23,509 nucleotides of DNA from a virus, in the UHGV virus genome UHGV-1357133, one strand, 5' to 3'. The notes beneath the pieces are model-generated. The model searched no databases. It saw nothing but the letters and a program-made list of their open reading frames with translations, and was not told the DNA's origin. The position numbers and the translations under genes were made by a program. Positions 6,697 through 15,677 of this stretch are shown here, piece after piece; positions within the stretch are counted from its first letter, which is position 1; each line of letters opens with the position of its first letter.

Positions 6697-9411
6697 TTAT
6701 GTCCAGCGACCGACCACTACACGACCGCCACCGGATAAATTTACAGTGACGCCATTACCATTCAAAACGACAGTATTATTCACGCCATTAAAAGCAAATT
6801 GACCGCTTGTGGCATAAAGTTTGCCGTGAAATTCACAATCTCCACTTTTATCAATATTCCAGCCACTTGATCCTGCTACAAAATTGTTTGACCTTATATA
6901 ATTGCCAATTTTGGCGTTAGTGATACTCCCGTCCTGAATCAGAGCATCCCTGATAAATACCTGGCCGTTATATACGAAGAAGGCAGCAGTATAGTTTCCA
7001 GGGTCGCTACCGGAATAAATGCCGAACTGATCGGCCGCAAAAACTACAGTTGATTTGTATGAGCTACCATCAGGCTCAATGGACATGCCGAAACCGGTAT
7101 TGTATTTCACTCCGTTCCTGACAATACCCATATTGAGCGTATAGGATGCCTTCGCTGTACCATCACTATTAACGACTGCGGTCATCTTTTGATTCACTGC
7201 TGATGTTAGCTCGCCCTCAGGGCCAATCTGCGCCTGAACATACGTGGACAGGTCAGCAAGTCCCTGCTCAGCAGTCGCTACCGTGGTTTTCACGACAAGG
7301 ATATCGGCACGTACCTCACCGTACTGTTGATACTGGTGCTCAACAGTGCCGTGGTTCGCCAGCGAATTTTCCATAATGCCTTCGAGGTTTACATCAACCC
7401 CTTCCTGCACATTTTTAAATGCATCAGAATTCTGAACGGCATCATCAATGAGGTCGATCAGGCCTCCGGTATCCATTGAGCACAGCGCAGGAACCTCAAC
7501 AAATGCTGATGCACCAAAGGCGTTAATCGTCCTGATGTACCAGTAATAGGTGTGACCTACCTGTAGCTGGTTGCTGGTCCATGTAGTGCCGATGCCCTCT
7601 CTAGTGGCGTTACCCTCAACGATTTCAGTCGTGGTTCCGGGAAGCTGAGTTTCGCCGGATGTCCAGAAGTCAAACTGAGTGGAAACGTTTGTTATCGCTG
7701 CAAGACGCGGGATCAGCGTGACGGCAAAGAAACCCTGCTCAATATCAACATGCGACGGAGGAGGCGGGGCCTCAATGCTGAATTCCAGATAGCCTTCAGG
7801 AGATTCCGCTCCCATCTGGTTAACGGCGATAACATGGGCGGTATAGGTATCCTTTGGCAATCCGGTCAGACGTGTAAATGAACCCGGAACCTGAACAGAA
7901 AGCACCATCTGGCCGTTACGACGAATGATGACTTTGTTATAGGTCACCTGCCCCACGTTTTCCCAGGAAAGAATGCCCTGTACCACCTGCCCGATTTCCT
8001 CAACGGTGTATCTGAGGCTTTGCGGCTGTGCCACGCCACCGGACGGTAACTGCGTGAATGGTGGCCGCTCTACAGGCTTACCTATTGCATCACCCCAGAC
8101 ATCAGCAGTTTCCTGTTTCAGCGTTAGCTGTACACCATTCTGCACGCCAAACTTCCAGTCGGTAACGCGCATCTCTACGTTGACGATGCCCAGTGACGGG
8201 AAATTCACCTTCACATACATTCCAGGACGATAACGGTACCCGCTCAGATTCAGCGTCACGTTCATCGTTCTGGCAATACGGGTGCGCTTTAACTTCACAT
8301 CGGCCAGACGCTGAGCCTGAAACTCACTCGTCACAAATCGCAGTTTCATATCCTGCGAAATTTCTACGCCGTCCTCCGTCACCCACTCACTTACGGATAC
8401 AGATGGAAAATCCGCTTCAGTAAACCCCTGCTCAGGATCGACGAATGTTCCCTTGATAGTGTTTACCCGCTCCGACTGGGAGACTTCCGGCATGATTTCG
8501 ATATCGCCGGCCAGCTGGCTTTCGGTGATCACTTCCGTTGCCGGGCCATAATAGGCACCAACAAGCAAGCCGTGCTTACCGGCTATATAGGTGACATCAC
8601 CCGCACAGGCCGCAAGCATCCCCTCAAGAATGCTCACCTTGTTTTCGCTGAGGTCAAACTCACCGTTGATCGTATACCGCTTTTCAACAGTATTACCGCC
8701 AGTGATTACCTCCTCATCGCAGATATTCGCCGCTTCCTGAAACTGGTCCCAGAGGATGTCTGAATCCGGGACTTTCAGATAGTTGCGGTAATAATCCAGA
8801 ATGACCAGCGCAGCATTGTTGCTATATGCCGTCTGCCCGGTTCGCGGGTCGTATATAGCGCGGCCCAGCTTTTCGACTTTAATGTTGGGGATACCAGACG
8901 GGAATTTTTCAGCATTAAATTTAAGGGATACGCGCAGCCAGGTGATCCCTCTCCCGATCATGTCTTCTTTCCATGACGGGCAGTTTTCCAGCATATAAGG
9001 GTCTGCCGCCTGGCGGCTGGTGTGCAGCTCGAAAAAGGCATGCTCAGGATAGCTACTGATCGGTTCATCACCCAGCCAGACCGTCTGAATACCGGATAGC
9101 GGATGTCCAGCCAGAGCAATGGCCAGATGCAACATTTCGCCATCATCCTGTTCGCCAGCCTGCTCTTCGGAAAAGAACAGAGTGCCCGCTGATGTGGAGC
9201 GACCATAAACAACGGTTTTGGCACTGGCTGCCGCACGCAGAACCTGTTTACGCTCTGCCGTATCGCGATAGGAATTCAGAGACGGCGTTTTGGTCAGCGC
9301 CTGAGTAGCGATCTGTGCGGCGACGGTGATCACCATCGCAATGGCATACATTTCATTTGCCGCCGCCACACCTGCGGCAATGCTGGCAACAATAGGAACA
9401 GCAGCAGGCAT
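6697..9411 (-). CDS. host specificity protein / central tail fibre (lambda J-like)
   Basis: 904 aa in the expected position after the NlpC/P60 gene. Central segment ...PPPPSHVDIEQGFFAVTLIP...FDFWTSGETQ...YYWYIRTINAFGASAFVE resembles the fibronectin-type region of J-family proteins. Confidence 0.8.
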   Translation of the reverse strand: MPAAVPIVASIAAGVAAANEMYAIAMVITVAAQIATQALTKTPSLNSYRDTAERKQVLRAAASAKTVVYGRSTSAGTLFFSEEQAGEQDDGEMLHLAIALAGHPLSGIQTVWLGDEPISSYPEHAFFELHTSRQAADPYMLENCPSWKEDMIGRGITWLRVSLKFNAEKFPSGIPNIKVEKLGRAIYDPRTGQTAYSNNAALVILDYYRNYLKVPDSDILWDQFQEAANICDEEVITGGNTVEKRYTINGEFDLSENKVSILEGMLAACAGDVTYIAGKHGLLVGAYYGPATEVITESQLAGDIEIMPEVSQSERVNTIKGTFVDPEQGFTEADFPSVSVSEWVTEDGVEISQDMKLRFVTSEFQAQRLADVKLKRTRIARTMNVTLNLSGYRYRPGMYVKVNFPSLGIVNVEMRVTDWKFGVQNGVQLTLKQETADVWGDAIGKPVERPPFTQLPSGGVAQPQSLRYTVEEIGQVVQGILSWENVGQVTYNKVIIRRNGQMVLSVQVPGSFTRLTGLPKDTYTAHVIAVNQMGAESPEGYLEFSIEAPPPPSHVDIEQGFFAVTLIPRLAAITNVSTQFDFWTSGETQLPGTTTEIVEGNATREGIGTTWTSNQLQVGHTYYWYIRTINAFGASAFVEVPALCSMDTGGLIDLIDDAVQNSDAFKNVQEGVDVNLEGIMENSLANHGTVEHQYQQYGEVRADILVVKTTVATAEQGLADLSTYVQAQIGPEGELTSAVNQKMTAVVNSDGTAKASYTLNMGIVRNGVKYNTGFGMSIEPDGSSYKSTVVFAADQFGIYSGSDPGNYTAAFFVYNGQVFIRDALIQDGSITNAKIGNYIRSNNFVAGSSGWNIDKSGDCEFHGKLYATSGQFAFNGVNNTVVLNGNGVTVNLSGGGRVVVGRWT

Positions 9412-9809
9412 TAACGTACCCTCCAGACACTCATCGGCTTAACCCGCAGGCTGACAAGACCATTTTCGCCAGGCACCCATACAACGCCGGAATACACCAC
9501 GCCAGCGCACTTCGTCCCGGCATTCTCGACGATGGCAATATCCCCACGCTGCGCCAGTTTCACCGGTACTTCGTCGAGAAATCGGGCAAGCACCTTTTCA
9601 AGTGAACCACCACCGCGAAGAATGGCCTTTTTAGCCCCTGGTTCGCTGTCATACGTCCCGCGCCATTCAGCGGCATAATCCTCACCGCACATGGCCTGTG
9701 CGCAGTCGGCCGCAAACAGACAACAGTCATGCTCGCCCCATGAAAAAGGCCGCTCAATGGCGGCCTTCATCACTACGTTTAATCTGTTTTGCCAGTCAGG
9801 GTGCTTCAT
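9411..9809 (-). CDS. phage tail NlpC/P60-family cell-wall peptidase (lambda K-like / GTA gp14-like)
   Basis: 132 aa with a Cys-containing motif WGEHDCCLFAADCAQAM. Sits directly upstream of the J-like gene and is start/stop coupled to it. Confidence 0.6.
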   Translation of the reverse strand: MKHPDWQNRLNVVMKAAIERPFSWGEHDCCLFAADCAQAMCGEDYAAEWRGTYDSEPGAKKAILRGGGSLEKVLARFLDEVPVKLAQRGDIAIVENAGTKCAGVVYSGVVWVPGENGLVSLRVKPMSVWRVR

Positions 9810-9815
9810 GCTTCC

Positions 9816-10400
9816 TCACTTATAGGTAAATCCGGGAGCGTCTTTTTTACTGCCCCAGTAAATCGAACGCTCTGCCATCTGAGCTACGTAACGAAATATG
9901 CGATCGCCTGGATAAGCGGCCTGCTGTGACTCATCGGTATAGCGGTCAGGGAACGGACGCTGCCAGTCTTCAAAAATATTGCTGATGGTGTACTGGAGCG
10001 CGTTAGTCTCGCCGACTGTCGCGCCGGTACTGGATACCCGGCCCTTAAACAGGAGATCGGCAACCTGAACCACACCGTTATCATCCATAGCAACAAGATA
10101 AATCTCGGCATTTTTTCCCACACAACGCTCATTCAGCGTCGTGGCAAAAAGCGACAGATCAAGACCAGAGAGCGTCATTTTGACCTGGGTCGGACTGGTG
10201 GTGTTGGTTTCGCTGGCATCATCGACAGAGCCCATTCGCCCCATGCCGTAATAAACATATCCGCCCAGCACGATTGTCCCGGTGCCGGAATGCACGTAAA
10301 CAGTGCCGGACTCAAACTGGATATTGGCAGCAATCACAGCCGTGACCCGGTCGCGGGAAAGCCAGTCGACCATCGAATCAGAAAAAGGGGAATACAACAT
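9816..10400 (-). CDS. phage minor tail protein (DUF2163 / lambda L-like, by position)
   Basis: 194-aa ORF with GGAGGAGG Shine-Dalgarno, between the distal-tail gene and the NlpC/P60 gene. Gene order matches HK97/GTA-type tail tips. Confidence 0.55.
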   Translation of the reverse strand: MLYSPFSDSMVDWLSRDRVTAVIAANIQFESGTVYVHSGTGTIVLGGYVYYGMGRMGSVDDASETNTTSPTQVKMTLSGLDLSLFATTLNERCVGKNAEIYLVAMDDNGVVQVADLLFKGRVSSTGATVGETNALQYTISNIFEDWQRPFPDRYTDESQQAAYPGDRIFRYVAQMAERSIYWGSKKDAPGFTYK

Positions 10401-10993
10401 TAAAACGCCTCCTCCAGTTCCAGCGTGTAACTGGTAAATACCCCAGGTACTCGATTACCCGCGCCCTGCTGGTTATCCTTCAGTTTGAAAATGCCGTATG
10501 GTTTCGCCACTTCGATAGCCGCGCCATCCGGTGGCGACCAGCGCAACATGGGCGCGAATGTCACAGTGGCTGTACCGGTTGATGTGCTCGTCACATCGGC
10601 GGTCACCATCTTCAGTTCGTCGTTAACGGTGATGTAGTCTCCACGCTCCAGAACTACGACACCGGGAGCCCATCCGCTCGTCTGTAATTCTGTGCCTGTC
10701 TGGTTTGCACCATTCACTACCGGAGAACCCGCGGGAGTGCGCCCGCCCCTTCCCCAGTCATGGATTTTTACCCTGCCATATTCGCCATCCAGCTCGGCAA
10801 TCAGCGAATCAAGACGCCGGGATTTATCATCCGACAGGTTGTTGAATGTCAGGGAGCATACCCAGCGGGTGCCGGGATAACGGACAGTCTGTGACGCACC
10901 ATTAAAAGGAGATCGAAATGTTTTGGTGTTACTTTCAGGTCGCCACGTTAATGACGCCGGACAGACGTCGTCCGGCCATTCAAGTGCAGCCAT
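10400..10993 (-). CDS. phage distal tail protein (DUF2460-like, by position)
   Basis: The track ORF starts at 11035, but the second ATG at 10993 has a CAGGAG Shine-Dalgarno 6 nt upstream while the first has none. First conserved-backbone gene after the tape measure side. Confidence 0.55.
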   Translation of the reverse strand: MAALEWPDDVCPASLTWRPESNTKTFRSPFNGASQTVRYPGTRWVCSLTFNNLSDDKSRRLDSLIAELDGEYGRVKIHDWGRGGRTPAGSPVVNGANQTGTELQTSGWAPGVVVLERGDYITVNDELKMVTADVTSTSTGTATVTFAPMLRWSPPDGAAIEVAKPYGIFKLKDNQQGAGNRVPGVFTSYTLELEEAF

Positions 10994-11155
10994 AAATACT
11001 CCTGGAGAAATACGCGCAACGGCGATACTGATCATTTGTCAGGGTGTTACAGGTCAATATCCCTGGTTAAAGTGTGTGGTTCAGCCCGTCAGTGGTTGGA
11101 CACTGGCGCACTCAGCGCAGAGGGATGGCTGATTACCTCTGATTAAGGAAATATC

Positions 11156-11449
11156 ATGTCTAATGAACAGCGTATCGAAAGCTTCGAAGCCCGTATTCGT
11201 AAGCTTGAAGAGGAAAACACTAAGCAGAAACAAAAGCTACTAACTCATGAAATTATGACGGGACTTATGTTGACAAATATTTTAAGAATGGTTGACTCAT
11301 TATCTCCTAGTGCAAACTTATCACAACGGTTGCTGGAATCCCTGCAAAAAGGCCAAGCAAAAATTGCTGATAGCGATGCGAGAAATGACCCTCATACAAA
11401 GGACGCATTTGAAATGGCAATTAAGACTGTGAATCGAGCGCTAAAATAA
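11156..11449 (+). CDS. hypothetical 97-aa protein (cargo gene inside tail module, opposite strand)
   Basis: ATG preceded by AAGGAAA 5 nt upstream. AT-rich relative to flanking tail genes. Predicted coiled-coil N-terminus (EQRIESFEARIRKLEEEN). Its 3' end overlaps the convergent 119-aa gene by 29 nt. Confidence 0.5.
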   Translation: MSNEQRIESFEARIRKLEEENTKQKQKLLTHEIMTGLMLTNILRMVDSLSPSANLSQRLLESLQKGQAKIADSDARNDPHTKDAFEMAIKTVNRALK

Positions 11450-11780
11450 CAGCGTTATCAAGAAGACGATCTCTTAGTTTATCGTAGTCCTTATCATTTT
11501 CCGCGGCCTGTTTTCGGGTCGCTTCAATAATCTTCGAGAGAACATTTTGAGCATGCTCTTTCGCTCTCTGGTTGTACTCTTCAAGCGTAAGCTCTGGCGT
11601 TAAGTCTTCGCTGTATTGGATAGTAGCTAAGGTTTCTTTGCTAATTTTCACAGACACATTACTGCCAATGCGTTGTGTCGATGACATGCGTAAATTTTCT
11701 CCGAAGGATATTCTTACTCCATTTTCTTCCGGAAACCCAACTTTAAATTCAAGAGCCTCAACTCGCTGTTCTAAAGTCAT
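11421..11780 (-). CDS. hypothetical 119-aa protein (cargo gene downstream of tape measure)
   Basis: ATG preceded by AGGAGA 5 nt upstream. AT-rich. N-terminus MTLEQRVEALEFKV resembles the N-terminus of the convergent 97-aa ORF. Confidence 0.55.
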   Translation of the reverse strand: MTLEQRVEALEFKVGFPEENGVRISFGENLRMSSTQRIGSNVSVKISKETLATIQYSEDLTPELTLEEYNQRAKEHAQNVLSKIIEATRKQAAENDKDYDKLRDRLLDNAVILALDSQS

Positions 11781-11825
11781 AATTATCTCCTGCCTTTCGG
11801 CTAATTAAATTAAGGATGCAGACCA

Positions 11826-14800
11826 TCACACGCCTAACAAACGACGTGCCTGGCCTCGATTGGAAAAGTCCTGCAGCAAATCCTGACGCGCCTGTTTAGC
11901 GCCATCATTCGCCCCCTGACGGGCTGCTTCCTGCATTGCCTGTTTCAGTGCTGCATCACCATTACCGGATATGGTGAAATGCTGGGTGATGTGCTGAGTT
12001 ATGCCATTTCCGGATGCTGGAGTCTGTGAACCAACCACACGCACTCCTAACGATCCATCAGCGGAGCGGGTTAACGGCATGATAGCTTCCGGCCCAGCTT
12101 CCCCCATCAAACCTGCGCCTTTGGCGAAGGCAAAATAGGTAGGCGAACTGACGATGCTGTTACTGTATGCGCTGAGGCTTGCAGAAGCATAGGCGCCTCC
12201 CTTTGCGTTGAGTTGAAGTTCTGATGCTGCTGAGTTGTAGGCGCCAGACGGCGTTGAGCCACCAGCCGACCCGCCAAACAGCCCACTGAGGAATCCACTA
12301 CCCCCCATAGATGACTGCAGAGAATTAACGATCATCGCATTGAGGATAATTTTCTGCATAGACTGAAGAACCGAACTGGCCCAGTCTTCCCAGTCAACCT
12401 TATTACCGGAAAGCGCATCAGAAATATTTCCCACCAGCCCGGTCATGGCATTGTTTACCAGATCTGCCGACTGTGAGGCATAATCGGAAGCAGTTTCAGC
12501 CCAGTTAGCGAATCCTTCACGCATACCAGCCGTCCAGTCGCTACGCTGTGCATCAGACGCAGCATAGAAACCTTGCTGATCGCGCAGGCGCTCATCAAGA
12601 TAACGTTTGTTTAAAGCCAAGGCTTCTTGGTAGAAAGCTTCGTCTATTTCACCAGTTTGTCGTTGCCGAAGCAGATCAGTATTCTTCTCTTCAAATTCCT
12701 TACGAATATTGAACTGTTCCTGAAGCCTTTCGCGAAACCGAGAACCCTGACCGTAACCGATTAGTTGAGCCTCGTTCGCTGCGCGGGAGCTTGCATTACT
12801 GTCTGCGAGATTCGCCTCGTAATTACGAAGTTGCTCACGTATTTTTTGCTGATCAATAAGCGCGGCATTCTGCAACAGGGTCTGTTTCTGGGACTCTGTC
12901 AGCGTCGCCAGTTCGCCCTGGCTAACCTGATATTTCAGTTTTGCCAGTTCGGTATTTTGACCAGCCAGAGCAATCTGCTCTTTCTGCTGCTTGATCAGCT
13001 TGTCATATGTATCAGATGTTTTTTCGGCCTCGGATTTTCCACCCTTATGGCGGCTTGAGTTACGAATTGCTTGTAATTGCCTGGCAGACTCAACTTCCAT
13101 GCTGACATATTTCTCACGCCAACCAGCTGGAAGGTTCAGATCAGATGCATCGAATTCTGCCTGCTTTCGAGCCTTATCCAAACCCTGAAGGCCAGATAGC
13201 TCAAGCTGTCGCTGTGCTTTCTCAATAGCTTGTTGTTGCTTATTATCAAGCGCAGGAAGTACAGGTCCTGCATATTTTGGTGGGGACACTGCTGTAGACT
13301 GTCTGGAAACCTTGTTCAGCCGGTCATACATCTCTGTAAGAGAACTTACGGCGCCAGCCATTTCTACTGTTTTATTTATAGCCTGATCAGTTATGTCGTT
13401 TATTAACTGTTGTGTTTGCTTTCTTTTATTGAGCATTTGCTCAAGTCGGCCTTCTTCAACCGCAAGTTCTGAAGCAAAGTCTGCGGCTTTCTCAACCGCA
13501 TCGTTATACAGCCATGTCCCCTCTGAAGCAGAATTGGCTGCTAATTTTGCGTTATAAAGTTGATTGGATAATTCAGCAACTTTCTGCTTCTGCTGTTCAA
13601 TCGCACTATTCTGAGCATCCAGTGAAATATTCGCCTGTCCAAGGTTGGCGGATATCTGCGTCTGAGACATTGATTTCAGATTATCTCGTACCTGCTCGAT
13701 TGTGTCCGCATATTGGATTGCAGATTCCCTGGCTTGTTCTTGGCGTTGATACATCGTGTACCACGCCCCAGCACCCAACATTAAAATTCCTGGCAAACCA
13801 CCAACTAACGACAAAAGAACCGTAGCGCCAGTTTTTACAAGCCCCAGCACTGATGTTGCAGAGTTAAGTGCCTGCTGAGAGGCTGCAACGGCTCTGTTTG
13901 ACTGTACCAGTGCCGCATTTGCTGTAATCATTTCCCGGCGCTTGGATATGGCATTTTGAGTGGCAGTAGCCTCAGCATTAGTATTCTTTGCCAGCACAAG
14001 TTCTGACTGAGCAAGCTGGTAAGCTCGCTCAGCAGCAATAGCATCGGCGGCGGCCTTGCGTTGTGATTGGGTAGCAGATTCAGCCCTTGCAGCTGCGAGC
14101 GCAATTTCGTTCTTTCTGGCATCTATTAATTGCGCCGTCTGGTTCCCAAGATCGCCAAACATCCCTCCAAGATAGCGAGCTCCACCTATCGCAGCCAAAG
14201 CTCCGGCAGCCGTAGCCACAGTGTCTATATTGTCAGAAACCGTATTCAATACGGCAACAAGAGTACTTGTCGCACCAGTGGCTTCATTAGCGCCACCTAC
14301 CCATGCCATGAAAGCATTTTCGACTTTCGTCGTGGCAGCAGAAACGGTCTGCGGCATTGCCTCAAATTCACCACGCATAGTGCCAAGTTGACTTATCAGG
14401 GCCGGGACAACTTTATCTGCGGTTAGCATCCCCTGATCGGCCATTGCCTTCAGATCTTTACGAGCTACACCCATCCCTGCGGCAAGAGCACGGATAACTC
14501 GATCACCGTTTTCGTTGACGGAGTTAAATTCCTCGCCTCGAAGAACACCCTGCGCCAGAGCCTGGCTGAACTGCGTGATTACCGAACTCGCTTCAGACGC
14601 GCTTGCGCCTGACAGCTTAAGCCCTGTTGATATAGCCTCGGTTACCTTCAGAACCTCTTCTGAACTGTAGCCATATTCACGCATAGAAGCGGCTGAACGC
14701 GCAAAAAGACTCGCATTATCAGAGAAGGCGGTTCCGGTTCGCTGGCTAATATCCATCAGCGCCCGCTGGGACTCCGTGAAATCATCTGACGACTGGGAAG

Positions 14801-15113
14801 CCTGCTTTAGCCTGGCATTAACAGAGCTCCATTCATCGGCCAGCGATATAAGATGACCAGTCGCAAATGCTCCAGCAAATGCACCAGCCATTCCCAGTGC
14901 TGAGGCCTTCGCGGTGTTTATTTGACTAGTTACCTCAGCCAAGGCACGCTGAGTTTCACGCGAAGCTGCGGCCGATTGGCGTCCTCCAGTCTGCATTACC
15001 CGGTAATAGTCATTCCCCATTCTTGAAGCACGAGAAATTTCAGACTGGAATGACTGAGAGTTTGCAGATATTTTGATGATCAGTTCGCGCAACGTAGCCA
15101 TATTTTCACCCAT
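11826..15113 (-). CDS. tail tape measure protein
   Basis: 1095-aa Ala/Gln-rich, largely helical protein in the canonical position after G/T. The first ATG (15111-15113) directly abuts a T-tract with no Shine-Dalgarno; the in-frame ATG at 15099-15101 (MATLREL...) is a more plausible start. Confidence 0.85.
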   Translation of the reverse strand: MGENMATLRELIIKISANSQSFQSEISRASRMGNDYYRVMQTGGRQSAAASRETQRALAEVTSQINTAKASALGMAGAFAGAFATGHLISLADEWSSVNARLKQASQSSDDFTESQRALMDISQRTGTAFSDNASLFARSAASMREYGYSSEEVLKVTEAISTGLKLSGASASEASSVITQFSQALAQGVLRGEEFNSVNENGDRVIRALAAGMGVARKDLKAMADQGMLTADKVVPALISQLGTMRGEFEAMPQTVSAATTKVENAFMAWVGGANEATGATSTLVAVLNTVSDNIDTVATAAGALAAIGGARYLGGMFGDLGNQTAQLIDARKNEIALAAARAESATQSQRKAAADAIAAERAYQLAQSELVLAKNTNAEATATQNAISKRREMITANAALVQSNRAVAASQQALNSATSVLGLVKTGATVLLSLVGGLPGILMLGAGAWYTMYQRQEQARESAIQYADTIEQVRDNLKSMSQTQISANLGQANISLDAQNSAIEQQKQKVAELSNQLYNAKLAANSASEGTWLYNDAVEKAADFASELAVEEGRLEQMLNKRKQTQQLINDITDQAINKTVEMAGAVSSLTEMYDRLNKVSRQSTAVSPPKYAGPVLPALDNKQQQAIEKAQRQLELSGLQGLDKARKQAEFDASDLNLPAGWREKYVSMEVESARQLQAIRNSSRHKGGKSEAEKTSDTYDKLIKQQKEQIALAGQNTELAKLKYQVSQGELATLTESQKQTLLQNAALIDQQKIREQLRNYEANLADSNASSRAANEAQLIGYGQGSRFRERLQEQFNIRKEFEEKNTDLLRQRQTGEIDEAFYQEALALNKRYLDERLRDQQGFYAASDAQRSDWTAGMREGFANWAETASDYASQSADLVNNAMTGLVGNISDALSGNKVDWEDWASSVLQSMQKIILNAMIVNSLQSSMGGSGFLSGLFGGSAGGSTPSGAYNSAASELQLNAKGGAYASASLSAYSNSIVSSPTYFAFAKGAGLMGEAGPEAIMPLTRSADGSLGVRVVGSQTPASGNGITQHITQHFTISGNGDAALKQAMQEAARQGANDGAKQARQDLLQDFSNRGQARRLLGV

Positions 15114-15138
15114 AAAAAAAACCCGCTTGATAGCGGGT
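15114..15138 (-). terminator. intrinsic terminator-like hairpin after the 62-aa cargo gene
   Basis: On the minus strand: stem ACCCGC / GCGGGT (15121-15126 and 15133-15138) with a 6-nt loop, followed by seven T (15114-15120), ending at the tape measure ATG. Confidence 0.6.
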
Positions 15139-15144
15139 CGTGAG

Positions 15145-15333
15145 TTATAAACTGTCTTTTCTTTGGTGAGCGACTTGTATTAATAAATCTATTTGCGCAT
15201 CTTGCTTTTTATTTATCTCTTTAAGGGCTTCAACTTGTTCATTTGCCCTTGTGCTAAACCGTAATAAATAAAAAATCACAATTAGATTTATCAGCCAGCC
15301 GAATATTCCAAACACTACTACCAGTGGTTCCAT
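15145..15333 (-). CDS. hypothetical 62-aa single-pass membrane protein (cargo gene between G-T and tape measure)
   Basis: Strongly AT-rich ORF with AGGAGG Shine-Dalgarno 4 nt upstream and a terminator downstream. N-terminal hydrophobic helix LVVVFGIFGWLINLIVIFYLL, then a charged helical tail. Confidence 0.6.
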   Translation of the reverse strand: MEPLVVVFGIFGWLINLIVIFYLLRFSTRANEQVEALKEINKKQDAQIDLLIQVAHQRKDSL

Positions 15334-15390
15334 AACGCCTCCTTTACTTAAGGAAAGAGCGTATCGCTACATTGAAGGCATGTGAAGCAA

Positions 15391-15669
15391 TTATTGTGTC
15401 GCAGCTGTAAGTGCCGCCTCAAGCCCTGCAAACGGGTCCTTCGGTTCTGATTGCTCATCACCACCCCAGCGCAGGATCGCATCGTCCAGCGGTACTTTTG
15501 CCCCCTGCGAGCCGTAGATGGCAGAGACAATCTGCGCTGCATGGATATCACCGCGAATATCGCCAACCGGACTTTGCCTGTCGTACTCAATCCACATCAG
15601 AAGCTCGCTTGCCGTCATATTCTGCCGAAGCTCTGAGAGCGTGCGCCCCATCCGGAGCGCAAGCGACAT
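15391..15669 (-). CDS. tail assembly protein T domain (likely made as a G-T fusion by -1 frameshift)
   Basis: Product MTASELLMWIEYDRQ... resembles the lambda gpT region. The frame is -1 relative to G and stays open upstream to about 15729, overlapping the 3' end of G. Confidence 0.6.
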   Translation of the reverse strand: MSLALRMGRTLSELRQNMTASELLMWIEYDRQSPVGDIRGDIHAAQIVSAIYGSQGAKVPLDDAILRWGGDEQSEPKDPFAGLEAALTAATQ

Positions 15670-15677
15670 CAGAAACT

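Noticed and set aside
12765-14426. Several 60-100-aa ORFs on both strands inside the tape measure gene
   Set aside because: All embedded in or antisense to the 1095-aa tape measure frame; the tape measure is the only ORF consistent with the operon.
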